A stretch of DNA of 64,000 bases from Mustelus asterias (Eukaryota): positions 85,684,001 to 85,748,000 of the forward strand of contig NC_135806.1 in the NCBI RefSeq assembly GCF_964213995.1, written 5' to 3'. This document shows, piece after piece, positions 1 through 13,217 of the stretch. The notes beneath the pieces were generated by a model. The model did no database searches and had not been told where the DNA came from. It saw only the letters and a list, made by a program, of their open reading frames with translations. A program made the position numbers and the translations under genes. Each line of letters begins with the position of its first letter. Position 1 is the first letter of the stretch.

Positions 1-342
1 TACACTTCCCGCTGCCTTGGAAAATCAGCCAGCATAATTAAGAACCCCACGCACCCTGGACATACTCTCTTCCACCTTCTTCCGTTGGGAAAAAGATACT
101 AAAGTCTGAGGACACATACCAACCGACTCAAGAACAACTTCTTCCCTGCTGCCATCAGACTTCTGAATGGACCTACTTCGCATTACGTTGATCTTTCTCT
201 CCACCCTAGCTATGACTGTAACACTACTTTCTGCACTCTTTCCTTTCCGTCTCTATGAATGGTATACTTTGTCTGTATAGCACACAAGAAACAATACTTC
301 TCACTGCATACCAATACGTGTGGCAATAATAAATCCAATCAA
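1..342 (+). mobile_element. Rex1/Babar-type LINE 3' end
   Basis: HPGHTLFHLLP.GKRY.SLRT.TNRLKNNFFPAAIRLLN followed by a 3' UTR and an AATAAAT(CAAAT)-like tail. Confidence 0.7.
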
Positions 343-928
343 AATGAACCATGAAAACTGCAGTAATAATTAATTGCATCACCAAGTAAATGTAATTGCT
401 TTGTATGCAATCATTCAAACTTTTTCTATATTATTAACCTCTCTTCCAGTTGTAAGGAAAATCAACATGTAAAACCAGATTCAAGAAAATCAGCTTTGAT
501 GAAGTTGTGCTGTACCCAAAAGATTTTAAAAGTGTTCTGGATTTGGCTGGATATTTATAATTCCACTCACCAGCAGCAAGTTAATTTAGTAGAAATAATC
601 AGGCGTGTTCAGTACAAGAGTGACTTAAGGAACTCTTGGCCATGGTAAGGCCCCTGAGATAATTGTGCTTCTGCAACTACAACCTTATGCAGAGGGCAAG
701 CGCTTTCCTCCCCCTCAGGTAACTGGGACAATTAAAACATGTCAAAGTACCAATGGAACAGATTCAAGTTTTCAGATCTTATCAGCCATGAATGGATAAC
801 TGATGACATGGACCAAAAAATGTATGAACTGTTCCATAGATTTGCAATTTTTCATGAAGGAGACCAAATTCTAAAAGACTGAAAATTGGTCTGAGGCAAG
901 AAGGCATTCCCAAAGAATCTTTGCAACT

Positions 929-1272
929 AAATCATAGAAATCATAGAAACCCTACAGTACAGAAAGAGGCCATTCGGCCCATCGAGTCTGCACCGACCAC
1001 AATCCCACCCAGGCCCTACCCCCGTATCCCTACATATTTTACCCACTAATCCCTCTAACCTATGCATCTCAGGACACTAAGGGGCAATTTTAGCATGGCC
1101 AATCAACCTAACCCGCACATCTTTGGACTGTGCAGAGCACCCGGAGGAAACCCACTCAGACATGAGGAGAATGTGCAAACTCCACACAGACAGTGACCCA
1201 AGCCAGGAATCGAACCTAGGTCCCTGGAGCTGTGAAGCAGCAGTGCTAACCACTGTGCTACCGTGCCGCCCC
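929..1272 (-). mobile_element. HE1-like tRNA-derived V-SINE
   Basis: A/B boxes, V-domain GTGTGGAGTTTGCAC, CR1-like tail ending (TTCTATGA)n. Confidence 0.88.
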
Positions 1273-2226
1273 CTATGGATATATTGCTCTGCTGAAGCTC
1301 CAGATGAAAAAGATTGACAATGAATCAGGGCTCATAGAAAGTGGCAAGTACCTATTGAACAGGGGAGTTTTCATGGGACAGTAACCCAGGAAAGGATGAA
1401 TGTGCAAGTACAACACTTGCACAGATAAACAACTTGTCAACACACTAGAAGCTAATATGCTAAAAAAAAAGGAACTTATACTGTTATTTACAACCAGAAA
1501 ATTGAACCAAGAAATCTGTGCTGGCAAAGCTAAATAAACTGGAATGTGAACATCGTATCACTGAGGACAATTGCAGCTAGTCAGCCCTCTGAACAAGCTG
1601 GGTTCAATATTCTTCAAAATCAGTTTGGACTGCTGGTCCAGCCTGGAACTTACCTTATCCCAAGTATATAGTTATTTATATAAAGATGTGGTATGCAGTG
1701 AAATACAGGTGCTCATATTAATTTTTGTTGCTGTCTTATCCTCATTCACTTCAAACCCATTGTTTACATATTATCTGATGAACAAAGTATAACATTAGCT
1801 CTATCTAGTTCCTAGAAGTTTGTTTGCTCAAAACATTGATGATTTATTACACTTCTAATGTTTTATGACATTATGACCAAATGTCACTGTTAAGTACAAG
1901 CCAAGGACATTTCCATTGGTGACCTGTGGTATATCTTGTAATCAGGACACCATGTTCATTAGCAGTTACTGAAAGGTCTGCGATAAATTCATGGATTGAA
2001 ATAATTAATTAGACTACAGAAAGATCATTGAAACTCTGACTATACTGGTCAGTCATTTGATTTTTAAAAAATCAACCCCTACATAATTAGCTAAAATTTT
2101 AAAGAGTTCCCACAGTTCTTTATGCACTTGTCAGCATTAAATCAGTGCTAATAAGCGTACCATTAAAGTGCTGTGGACTTAATTAACAGGTGCCTTATTC
2201 ATGCCAAAGGAATTTCAATATCATCA

Positions 2227-2500
2227 GTAAGTAAGTTTATTTATTAGTCACAAGTAAGGCTTACATTAATACCGCGATGAAGTTACTGTGAAATTCCCCT
2301 AGTTGCCACACTCCGGTGCCTGTTTGGGTTAATGTACCTAACCAGCACATCTTTCAGACTGTGGGAGGAAACTGGAGCACCCGGAGGAAACCTTCAGTCA
2401 CAGGGAGAACCTGCAAACTCCACACAGACAGTGACCCAAGCCAGGAATCAAACCCAGGTTCCTGGCGCTGTGATGCAGCAGTGCTAACCACTGTGCCACC
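2227..2500 (-). mobile_element. V-SINE variant with an alternative tail ending AATAAACTTAC
   Basis: Same head and V-domain, different 3' half; also at 25134-25402 (+) and 21290-21445 (-). Confidence 0.75.
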
Positions 2501-2652
2501 CCTCAATCAATCTTAAGGGATAAAAATTCTTGGGTACCTACTCCACTGTTGGAGTAGAATTTGCAGTTACCAATGCCAACTCTGTCCTAAATTTGCAGGG
2601 ACAGGGTCACTTAGTTCAAGGTAGGTACATTGCTGCTGTAGGGGTGTAATTA

Positions 2653-2972
2653 TCATAGAATCTACAGTGCAGAAGGAGGCTATTTGGCCCATTGAGCCTG
2701 CACTGACGACAATCCCACCCAGGTCCTATCCCCGTAACCCCATATATTTACCCTCCTAATCCCACTGACACTAATGGTCAATTTAGCATGGCCAATCAAC
2801 CTAACCCACACATCTTTGGATTGTGGGAGGAAACCGGAGCACCAGGAGGAAACCCATGCAGACACGGGGAAAACATGCAAACTCCACTCCGATAGTCACC
2901 CAAGTCGGAATTGAACCCAGGTCCTTGGTGCTGAGAGGCAACAGTGCCAACGACTGTGCCACCGTGCTGCCC
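2653..2972 (-). mobile_element. HE1-like V-SINE
   Basis: Full head, V-domain and tail. Confidence 0.85.
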
Positions 2973-3464
2973 AATACATGACAAATACAAAAAATTGGTA
3001 AAAGTTTTGTCCAGTTTTTTAATAAATGAAGAAATTCATTGAAGAAGATCCATTCAGCTTTTACTATCTACAAATCTTCCAATCACTGCATCTGATCCAA
3101 AATAAAGCAATACTTGACAAAATGGCCATCAAATTTGCTCCATTCTGTTTTGCAACAATAAAATGAGAATCAAAGTCTCCACTGTAGTGAGCAGTGTGCA
3201 TGTACTCATTCTGCACTGTAAGTGGTTGCAAAGCCCATCACACTGAATAGACCTCCTCCATACATGGCCATGATTTTTGTTGGAATCATTTAATAGCCTC
3301 ATTATCCTGTCCTACGCTTGTTGTAGGACACTTCTGTGAAACTGGTTGCTCCAGTGCCTGACTCACCCATAATAATTGTGTTTGTTAAGTAATTTGTAAA
3401 TAATAGACGATAACAGACAGCACAGACTCTTCAGTGATGTTATTTAAAGGGATGCACAACTACA

Positions 3465-4452
3465 ATCAGTATTGGGACTGCAATTGTTTACAATTTACAG
3501 AGATGATTTGGAGTTGGGGACCAAGTGTAGTGTGTCAAAATTCGCAGATGACACTAAGATGAGTGGCAGAGCAAAGTGTGCAGAGGATGCTGAAAGTCTG
3601 CAAAGGGATATAGATAGACTAAGTAAGTGGGCGAGGGTCTGGCAGATGGAGTACAATGTTGGTAAATGCGAGCTCATCCACTTTGGTAGGAATAACAGCA
3701 AAATGGACCATTATTCAAATGGTAAAAATTGCAGCATGCTGCTGTGAAGAGGGACCTGGGTGTCCTTGTGCAAGAATCACAAGGAGTTGGTTTGCAGGTG
3801 CAGCAGGTAATTAAGAAAGCAAATGGAATTTTGTCCTTCATTGCTAGAGGGATGGAGTTTAAAAACAGCGAGGTTATGTTGCAGCTGTATAAGGTGCTGG
3901 TGAGGCCACACCTGGAGTACAGTTTTGGTTTCCTTACTTGAGAAAGGGGCATTGGAGAGGATGCAGAGGAGATTCACTAGGTTGATTCCGGAGTTCAGAG
4001 GGTTGGCTTATGAGGAGGGACTGAGTAGACTGGGGCTATACTCATTGGAATTCAGAAGAATGAAAGGAGATTTTACAGAAACATATAAGATTATGAAGGG
4101 AGTAGACAAGATAGAAGCAGGGAAGTTGTTTCCACTGGCGGGTGAAACTAGGACTAGGGAGCATGGCCTCAAAATAACGGGGAGCAGATTTAGGACTGAG
4201 TTGAGGAGGAACTTCTTCACACAAAGGGTTGTGAATCTGTGGAATTCCCTGCAGGTATACCTCATTGAATGTTTTTAAGACAAGGATAGATACATTTTTG
4301 AACAGTAAAGGAATTAAGAGTTATGGTGAGCGGACAGGTAAGTGGAGCTGAGTCCACGAAAAGATCAGCCATGTTCTTATTGAATGGCGGAGCAGGCTCG
4401 AGGGGCCAGATGCCTACTCCTGCTCCTAGTTCTTATGTTCTTTATGTTCTTA
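3465..4452 (+). mobile_element. CR1 LINE, 5'-truncated
   Basis: RT C-terminus (SKFADDTK, RDLGV, LVRPHLEY, RRNFFTQRVVNLWNSL); TTCTTATG-type tail. Confidence 0.92.
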
Positions 4453-4852
4453 TTACATGCAAGTGAGTTTATGACTGCTGGTTAACTTCTGGGTGTTTTT
4501 GTAGTCTATCTTTTACAACTGAATTCTGACTTCTGTTAACACCGCTTTGTTACTATTGGACTACTTTTGACTCCTTTTGCAACATTTTATTTTCAGTCAT
4601 GGGTGGCCTCTGAGGGCTGGAGGATATGGGAAGCAGCAAAAGTGAGGAGTGTCATCTGTATTAGATCATCCCTACAGTAGTCTTCAGTGAGCACTTTTGC
4701 TGTTTATGTAAACATTAGTGAATCCTATAATTTGGTTTACAATAATACAAATGTTGGATCATTAAAAAAACTTCACAGAGAAACACTCTTTTAAGTGTCT
4801 CCATTTCACCAAGGAGACTGTTATCAACATCATCAGCCACAGCCATATCGCG

Positions 4853-5533
4853 GGGCTGAATTTCACAAGTAAGAGGTTGCTCTGACACTCTCGACCATTG
4901 CAAGAGCCAGCAGGTCTAAGAAATAATGCACTGCTGCTGGGCTAAATAGACTGACAGTGGAATTTGGGTCCCTCAGTGGGAGGAAGTCCTGCCTTTGAGA
5001 GCAGCCAGCCAATCAGGTTGACAGACAGTTCTAGCAATCCCAGCAGTGACAGAACTGAATATTCCCAGAATGAATTTTGAAAGATCCTGGAGTTAGGTAA
5101 TTGCTGAGTTTTTAAGACTGGGAAGGACCGAGCAGCCTAAGGAGGGGAGGGAAGGGGATGAGGGGACAGGTTTTGGATTACAGAAGGGGAGGAATAAAGG
5201 GGGCATGGTAACATCTTGGGAGGGTACCCCTGATGAACACAGGACACTTCCCCAAATGCTGTGCCCCTCAATTCCTTCCTGCCTTTCCAAATATTTCTTT
5301 CAAAACCAGGCTCCCCATTTCCACCCACCTGCCCACGCAACTGCTCTATGATGTGGGGAGCATGGAATATGGGTCAATTGGCTTGGAAACAAGCTCAATT
5401 GCTCATTTCATTTTAAAATGTCAGGCAGGCTGCTGATTTTGGCGCATTAATCAGGTCAGAAGTGGACAGGAAAGCTCCAATCTTGCCCTTCCTTCTGAAA
5501 ATATGCCTGGTGGGAGGCCGTAAAATCCAGCCC
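4853..5533. mobile_element. MITE with Harbinger-like short TIRs
   Basis: GGGCTGAATTTC ... AAAATCCAGCCC (10/12 match); TSD unclear. Confidence 0.5.
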
Positions 5534-5854
5534 TCAGTGGCCCTTAACTTCTATGCCATGATCTCGTTCAAGGTTGTGCCTGATAATATCTGTTATGTCT
5601 TCCAATTTTCTGTTCACTGTTGTATCAGTGTGGACACCAATGCTCTTTATATCAGAAGGAGCACCTACATGACTTTCTCAATGAACAGAATAAGGCATGA
5701 TGTGATAGCACTAGGTTTTGCACACACTGCAGGTTTTTCTTGGATGCACGGTGCTATCAGACTGCACCCACATTACATTGTGTGTTCATGTTACCATCCT
5801 GGAAGCTTCCGATGTCCTTAATATTCATCTTGCTTGTACCCACATGCAGCACAA

Positions 5855-6178
5855 CCTTTCCTGGTCCCTCCATGCCAACACTATAGTTAAGAAAACCCAC
5901 TAACGCCTCTACTTTTTCAGGAGACTAAGGAAATTTGGCATGTCCGCGACGACTCTCACCAACTTTTACAGATGCACCATAGAAAGCATTCTTTCTATGG
6001 CTCCTGTTCTGTCCAAGACTGAAAGAAACTACAAAGGGTCGTGAATGAAGCCCAGTCCATCACTCAAACCAGCTTCCCATGCTTTGTCTGTATCATGAAT
6101 CAATGTCTGTATCGTTTGCAAGAAACAATAATTTTCACAGTATGCCAATACATGTGACAATAATAAATCAAATCAAAT
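5855..6178 (+). mobile_element. Rex1/Babar-type LINE fragment, internally deleted
   Basis: KK.H.RLYF.RRLRKFGMSATTLTNFYRCTIESIL; same tail as 1-342. Confidence 0.65.
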
Positions 6179-7974
6179 CCTGCAGATATGTGCCCGGTTT
6201 ACTGGCAGTGATCACGTTTCATTCCTCCTCTGCTGCCTTTATTCCATTCAGGCTATCAGTTTACAGGCTGGCTGCTGAATTACAATTCTATCTCCTTCAG
6301 GAATGGATCCTGTCAAGAACCAAGCACAGTTGTAAAGCTGGTGTGCAGTGACAGCCATGCTACTAGCAGAAATGTTATTGGGCAGATACTCAAAGTGCTC
6401 AGGTGATTCTTTCACTGCTTGAAATGTTCATGAAATTTGCAATACAGTTTTAACCTTACATCCAGATTTATGGTTGCCTGCTGCAAATCTCAGAAGTTCA
6501 CAATTATAAGGGACCAGTCCTTACCACCGTTCGGGCAAAATTAGTGCAGGAAGAGAAGGAAAAGAAACACCAAGGCCTTAATTTCACACTTGGCGTGTGC
6601 GTAAAGTTGGTGGGCCTGGAAGTGGATGTGGAATCCACTCCTGTGCAAGATCACATTCTCCACACAGGGTGAAGCCAGCTGCAGACTGCTCAGGCTCACT
6701 CTGATCTCCCAGTGAAGTGAGAGACTCCCTGCCACCACCCTCCCAACCCCCCCATTATTGGTCGCAGTGTGATGCCCTACCCCACCATCTACTGAATACC
6801 CTCTGTGCCGGTCTCTCCCTCCCCACCACTGATCACCTCCCTTGCATACCCACACCGCTGATCACCGTCCCCATCAGCAGAGCTCCCCCACCCTTACAGA
6901 GCTCTCCCTTGCCTCCCCCTTCTTCCTATCATAGCCCCAACCCACTCAAGCTCCACACCCACTCAGCTGGCATTGCCACAGCACAGCTATGGTGCCCACT
7001 GGGCACTGCTAGTGTGCCAGGTGGGCACTGTCCAGCCATTACTTTCATTTATTAAATGCAAAAATAATTTAACATAACAAAAGGACAGGCTTGTTAGAAT
7101 AATAGATATTTAGTGAACAGTACAGTTGTGCCACTCTATTAGTGCCAATAGACACTATTTAAATTCTACAGCAGTCCTTAGCAGGGTCAGACTTCAGAGT
7201 GCTTTACACCGAAAAGTTTAAAACCAGTCAAAACATTTCTGTCCTCAACCTGCTGCAGTGTTTCAGTGATGCTCAATGCAAAGAACTTAACAATACCATG
7301 TTAGCACTAAATAGGTTTCTCTCACTTCACTAAAAGTGCACTAAATTGTAGCAGCTGCTTGCAACTTTGCAAGAGCTCAACCCACCCTCAATGTTAAGAG
7401 TTTGAATTAAAGCAACAATACACCTTCCGCTCCAACAAAGCATATACAGACTGCACTCAAGCTGTTTTAGCAACCAAATGGAAATTTCCTACCACTTTAG
7501 ATGGGTTGAGAGAGGCTGAATGCTAGCACTTAACAGTATGCTACTGTTTAAAATTAAAATGGCAAGAGAACATTACACAGTAGGATGATAATTGCAGTAT
7601 TTGTCATGTAATGTGGCACTGCAACAAATCACTGCCCAATTGAGATATCATGTTTCAGCTACCTCTTATAGCTCTTTCTGTGAGCTTTTCTCTATTTCAA
7701 TTACAAGGATTTCTGTCATCCATTTATTGTTTCTTCTGATTGCAATTTAGTCCAGCTCCAACAAAGTAACTTTGTGCTGGCTGAAAAAAAAACAATTCTC
7801 AAGCTGTTCAGCTGACAAATAATCTGCTATTGTTTTGCTCAGCACTGTAGAAATTGAGACAGGAAATCAGGTTACAGAGGTAATAAAGATGATGAGGATG
7901 AAACTAGTGGTGGAATTTCCCCCCCAAAAAATCACAAACATCTGAAAAGCCAAGTTCCAAGCCACTGGGATCCG

Positions 7975-8760
7975 TTATCCCAAAGTTGCTGGAAATGCAT
8001 CAGCAGAGCTAGAGATTGCAGGAGGGGCTGTCAGCAACACTGCAGCATCTGCGAAGTTGTTTGGAAGAGTCCCACAGCCTTCAGTCACAGGAGGTGGTGC
8101 CGGCATTGCATGGTACCCAGGCCAACACTGCAAGGGTGGTGTCCGCAGTGGAAAGTCTGGGTCAGGAAATAGTTGCCATGGGTGACAGGGACCAAGGCAT
8201 CCTGGAGACACAGCGAGCCATGACTAAGAGTCTTGGAGGCATTCTGGAGACATGGCTGCATGCATCAAGAGTTTGGCCCAGTTTCAGAAGGCTAAAGCTG
8301 AAGGGCTCCAAAGCTTGGCCCGGTCACAGAGCGATGTTGCTGAGGTGCTTAAGAGCTTGGCTCAGTCTCAGAGGGCCATTGCTGAGGACTTGCGCACCAT
8401 GGGACGGTCGCAGTTGGGCCTCCAGGGCTGGCAGGGCCTGTTGGCTTATGGACCCAGGGTCCCATGGAGTGTTCCAGGGACCCACAGGCACCCCGAGGGA
8501 GGAGGAAGGGCTGGAGCCCATTTGGGGGGCTTCCACCCAGGAGACGCTGGCTGTCGCCAGGCCTTCTGATTCCCCGCTTCCTGACACCAATGCATCTCAC
8601 GACAGTGGGATGAACAGGGTGGCACGGCTACATCCGTGTCATCCGAAAGTTGGCCAGGGCACTCCAGGTCCCAGCTCCCCAGGGGATGCCCTAGGGCATC
8701 ACAGGCCACGGGGTGCGGCATGCAGATGACCGCCCCCACCTCTGATGTTCATTCTGTTGG
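7975..8760 (+). mobile_element. GC-rich coiled-coil coding remnant, probably from a PIF/Harbinger Myb/SANT-type ORF
   Basis: Overlapping ORFs 8016-8729 and 8252-8569 with 14-residue repeats; family assignment is recalled and unverified. Confidence 0.4.
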
Positions 8761-11653
8761 GGGGGGGGGGGTTTAGTTAGCATTGGTTAGGGTTAGGTTA
8801 AAAGGCACTGCTAAGAAACACTCATAAATGTTATTGCACTCCACAGCCATGGCTAATCTGTCTGTGATTCGCTTCCCACAGGGATGATGGTACCCGACCA
8901 TACACATAGATGTGCAAGGCGTTGTGCAGCATGCTAGAGACCCTTCAGCCCACTAAACATGTGATCCCCAGATCTGTGTCAGACCCCTGACAGCAGTGGA
9001 ACTCCAAATGCTCATCCCAAGCAGTTCCAGCAATCCGGGTCCTGTGACCCGCAGTGACAGACGACCTGCCATGGCATCCCCAACCCCCCACCTCCCATGA
9101 CCTCAGCAGTGTAAAAAATGAGCCAGAAAGCAAATATCAATGGAGAAACTTAAGGTACTAAAATCTGACAAATTCCCAGACTGGTTGGCCTATACCCTCG
9201 GGTTCTGAAAGAGATAACTACAGAGATAATGGATGCACTTGCTATGATTTTCCAAAATTCTTTAAATTTGGGAAGGGTCCCACGAGACAGGAAGTTGACA
9301 AATGTTAAATAAGAACACAAGAACTAGGAGTAATAGGCCATCGGGCCCCTCGAGCCTGCTCCGCCATTCAATAAGATCATGGCTGATCTTTTCGTTGACT
9401 CAGCTCCATTTACCCGCCCACTCACCATAGCCCTTAATTCCTTTACTGTTCAAAAATTTATCTATCCTTGTCTTAAAAACTTTCAATGAGGTAGCCTCAA
9501 CAGCTTCACTGGGCAGGGAATTCCACAGATTCACAACCCTTTGTATGAAGAAGTTCCTCCTCATCTCAGTCCTAAATCTGCACCCCCTTATTTTGAGGCT
9601 ATGCCCCCTAGTTCCAGTTTCACCTGCCAGTGGAAACAACTTCCCTGCTTCTATCTTATCTATTTCCTTCATAATCTTATATGTTTCTATAAGATCTCCC
9701 CTCATTCTTCTGAATTCCAATGAGTATAGCCCCAGTCTACTCAGTTTCTCCTCATAAGCCAACCCTCTCAACTCCGGAATTAACCTAGTGGATCTCCTCT
9801 GCACCCCCTCCAGTGCCAGTTTATCTTTTCTCAAGTAAGGAGACCAAAACTGTACATAATACTCCAGGTGTGGCCCTCACCAGCACATTATGCAGCTGCA
9901 ACATAACCTCATTGTTTTAAAACTCTATCCCTCTAGCAATGAAGGACAAAATTCCATTTGCTTTCTTAATTACCTGCTGCACCTGCAAACCAACTCCTTG
10001 AGATTCCTGCACAAGGACACCCAGGTCCCTCTGCACAGCAGCATGCTGCAATTTTTTACCATTTAAATAATAGTCCATTTTGCTGTTATTCCTACCAAAA
10101 TGGATGACCTCACATTTACCAACATTGTACTCCATCTACCAAACCCTCGCCCACTCACTTAGACTATCTATATCCATTTGCAGACTTTCAGCGTCCTCTG
10201 CACACTTTGCTCTGCCACTCATCTTAGTGTCATTTGCGAATTTTGACATACTACACTTGGTCCCCAACTCCAAATCATCTATGTAAATCGTAAACAATTG
10301 CAGTCCCAACACTGATCCCTGAGGCACACCACTAGTCACTGATCGTCAACCAGAAAAACACCCATTTACCCCCACTCTTTGCTTTCTGTTAGTTAACCAA
10401 TCCTCTATCCATGCTAATACATTACCCATAACACCATGCACCTTTATTTTGTGCAGCAGCCTTTGTTGCAGCACCTTGTCAAATGCCTTCTGGAAATCCA
10501 GATACACCACATCCACAGATTCCCCATTGTCCACTGCACATGTAATGTTCTCAAAGAATTCCACCAAATTGGTCAAACATGACCTGCCCTTCATGAACCC
10601 ATGCTGTATCTTACCAATGGGACAATTTATATCCAGATATCTCGCTATTTCTTCCTTGATGATAGATTCAAGCATTTTCCCTACTACAAAAATTAAGCTA
10701 ACCGGCCTATAGTTACCCGCCTTTTGTCTACCTCCTTTTTTAAACAGTGGCGTCACACTTGTTGTTTTCCAATCTGCGGGAACCACCTCAGAGTCCAGCG
10801 AAGTTTGGTAAATTACCACTAGTGCATTTGCTATTTTCCCTGTCATCTCTTTTATTACCCTGGGATGCATTCCATCAGGGCCAGGAGACTTGTGTAGCTT
10901 TAGCCCCATTAGCTTGCCCAACACTACCTCTTTCGTGATAATGATAGTTTCTAGGTCCTCACCTGCCATAGCCTTCCTGTCATCAATTTTTGGCATGTTA
11001 TTTGTGTCTTCCACTGTGAAGACTGACACAAAATACCTGTTCAATGCCCCAGCCATTTTCTCATTTCCAGTTATTACATCCCCCTTCTCATCCTCTAAAG
11101 GACCAATGTTTACTTTTGACACTCTTTTTCATTTTATATATTTGTAGACAGTTTTGCTATCTGTTTTTATATTTTGAGCTAGTTTACTCTCATAATCCAT
11201 CTTATTTTTCTTTATAGCTTTTTTTCTGGTTTTCTGTTGACCTTTAAAGATTTCCCAATCCTCTAATTTCCCACTAATCTTTGCCACTTTGTATGCATTT
11301 TCTTTCAATTTGATACACTCCTTTATTTCCTTAGATACCCATGGCTGATTATCTTTTTCTACAGTCCTTCCTTATCACTGGTATATAGTTTTGCTGAGCA
11401 CTGTGAAAGATCACTTTGAAAGTCCTCCACTATTCCTCAATTGTCCCACCATAAAGTTTTTGCTCCCAGTCTACCTTAGCCAACTCCTCCCTCATCCTAT
11501 TGTAGTCTCCTTTGTTTAAGTACAAGACTCTGGTATTGGATTTTACCTTCTCACGCTCCATCTGTATTTTAAATTCAACCATACTGTGATCACTTCTTCC
11601 GAGAGGATCTCTAACTGTAAGATCATTAATTATTCCTGTCTCATTACACAGGA

Positions 11654-11892
11654 TGTGGAAATGCCGGCGTTGGACTGGGGTAAACACAGTAAGGAATCTA
11701 ACAACACCAGGTTAAAGGCCAACAGATTTATTTGGTAGCAAACACCACTAGCTTTCGGAGCGCTGCTCCTTCGTCAGATGGAGTGGAATTTCCACTCCAT
11801 CTGACTAAGGAGCAGCGCTCCGAAAGCTAGTGGCGTTTGCTTACCAAATAAACCTGTTGGACTTTAACCTGGTGTTGTTAGACTCCTTACTG
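11654..11892 (-). mobile_element. Penelope-like fold-back insertion (inverted pseudo-LTR pair) with hammerhead motifs
   Basis: Arms of about 103 bp centred near 11789, plus an unpaired extension of about 32 nt; 13-bp TSD TCATTACACAGGA (11641-11653 / 11893-11905); inserted in a CR1. Confidence 0.8.
11746..11782 (-). ncRNA. Minimal type I hammerhead ribozyme motif
   Basis: CCAT-CTGACGA-A-GGAGC-AGC-GCTCC-GAAA-GC-TA-GTGG: intact core, 5-bp helix II, palindromic AGCT in place of helix III. Confidence 0.7.
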
Positions 11893-12692
11893 TCATTACA
11901 CAGGACCAGATCTAGGATAGCTTGCTCCCTCGTAGGTTCCATTACATACTGTTCAAGGAAGCTATTGTGGATACATTCTATGAACTCCTCCTCAAGGCTG
12001 CCTTGGCAGACCTGGTTTGACCAATTGAGATGTAGATTAAAATCCCCCATGATAATTGCTGTACCATTTTTACATGCATCAGTTATTTCTTTGTTTATTT
12101 CTCGCCCCACCATGATGTTACAATTTGGTGGCCTATAGACTACGCCCATCAGTGACTTTTTTTCCTTACTATTTCTAATTTCCACTCAAATGGATTCAAC
12201 CATTTTTTTTCCATAGAACCTATATCATCTCTCACTACCGCCCTGATGTCATCCTTAAATATCAGAGCTACGCCACCTCCCTTACCTTCCTGTCGGTCCC
12301 TCTGAACAGTTTGATACCCCTGGATATTTAACTCCCAGTTATGACCATCCTGCAACTATGTCTCTGTAATGGCCACCAAATCATACATGTTGCAACACTT
12401 TTCAAGAAAGGAAGAAGAGAAAAATCTGGCCAGTTACTCTAACATCAGTTGTTGCTTGAATCTATCATTAAGGAAGTCTTAACAATTTTAGTAAAATTAA
12501 ACACTGTTTGACAAATTTATTAGAGTTTTTTTGATGATATAACTAAGAGGGTAGATAAAGAGGAGCCTATAGATATAATATACCTAGATTTCCAAAAGGC
12601 ATTCGAAGTGCTCATGGAGTTGGGGGTAATATATTAGCATGGATTGAGGATTGATTAACAAATAAAAAGCAGAGAGTGGGCAGCACCTGAAA

Positions 12693-13217
12693 ATGGGTAT
12701 TTCGCAGAAAAACTGCCACAAGCATGCAAGACTGGAAGTAAAAGGAAACCATAATCACAAAAAATAAAGTATGAACTTGGGTGTCCTCTTGCAAATACCA
12801 AGAATGGACCACGCCATATTCACGCAGTGCGAGTCCATGGTGAAAATAAAAAGTATCAAGCACTAAGGTTGGATGCTGGAAACCTCTCCTGGGGTTCTGA
12901 ATGTTGCACACAAGAAACCATGATCATTGATGTGGTGTACAATGCTTCTAACAATGAATTGCTTAGGACAAAGACATTAGTAAAGAACTATGTTGTTGTA
13001 ATCAACAGTACTTCTTTCCGGCAGTGGTATGAGTCTCACTTTGCCCTCCACCTTGTCTGGAAGAAGGGTGCCAAGCTGACCCCTGAAGAGGAAGAAATTC
13101 TGAACAAGAAAAGGTTGAAGAAAATTCAGAAGAAATATTATGATTGGAGAAAGAATGCAAGAATCAGTTCACTGCTAGAAGAATAATTCCAGCAGGATAA
13201 ACTGCTCACTTGCTTAG
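12693..13217 (+). pseudogene. RPS8: RPS8 processed pseudogene, 5' part (ATG to about GKLLAC)
   Basis: Intronless; [21 protein letters not shown]...[22 protein letters not shown]...[16 protein letters not shown]; frameshifts near the start and a premature TAA at 13184-13186. Confidence 0.95.

Larger units (their letters stand above)
9308..12386 (-). mobile_element. CR1 LINE of about 3 kb (APE endonuclease plus RT), few disablements
   Basis: [54 protein letters not shown]; ATGTT duplicated at the flanks. Confidence 0.95.
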
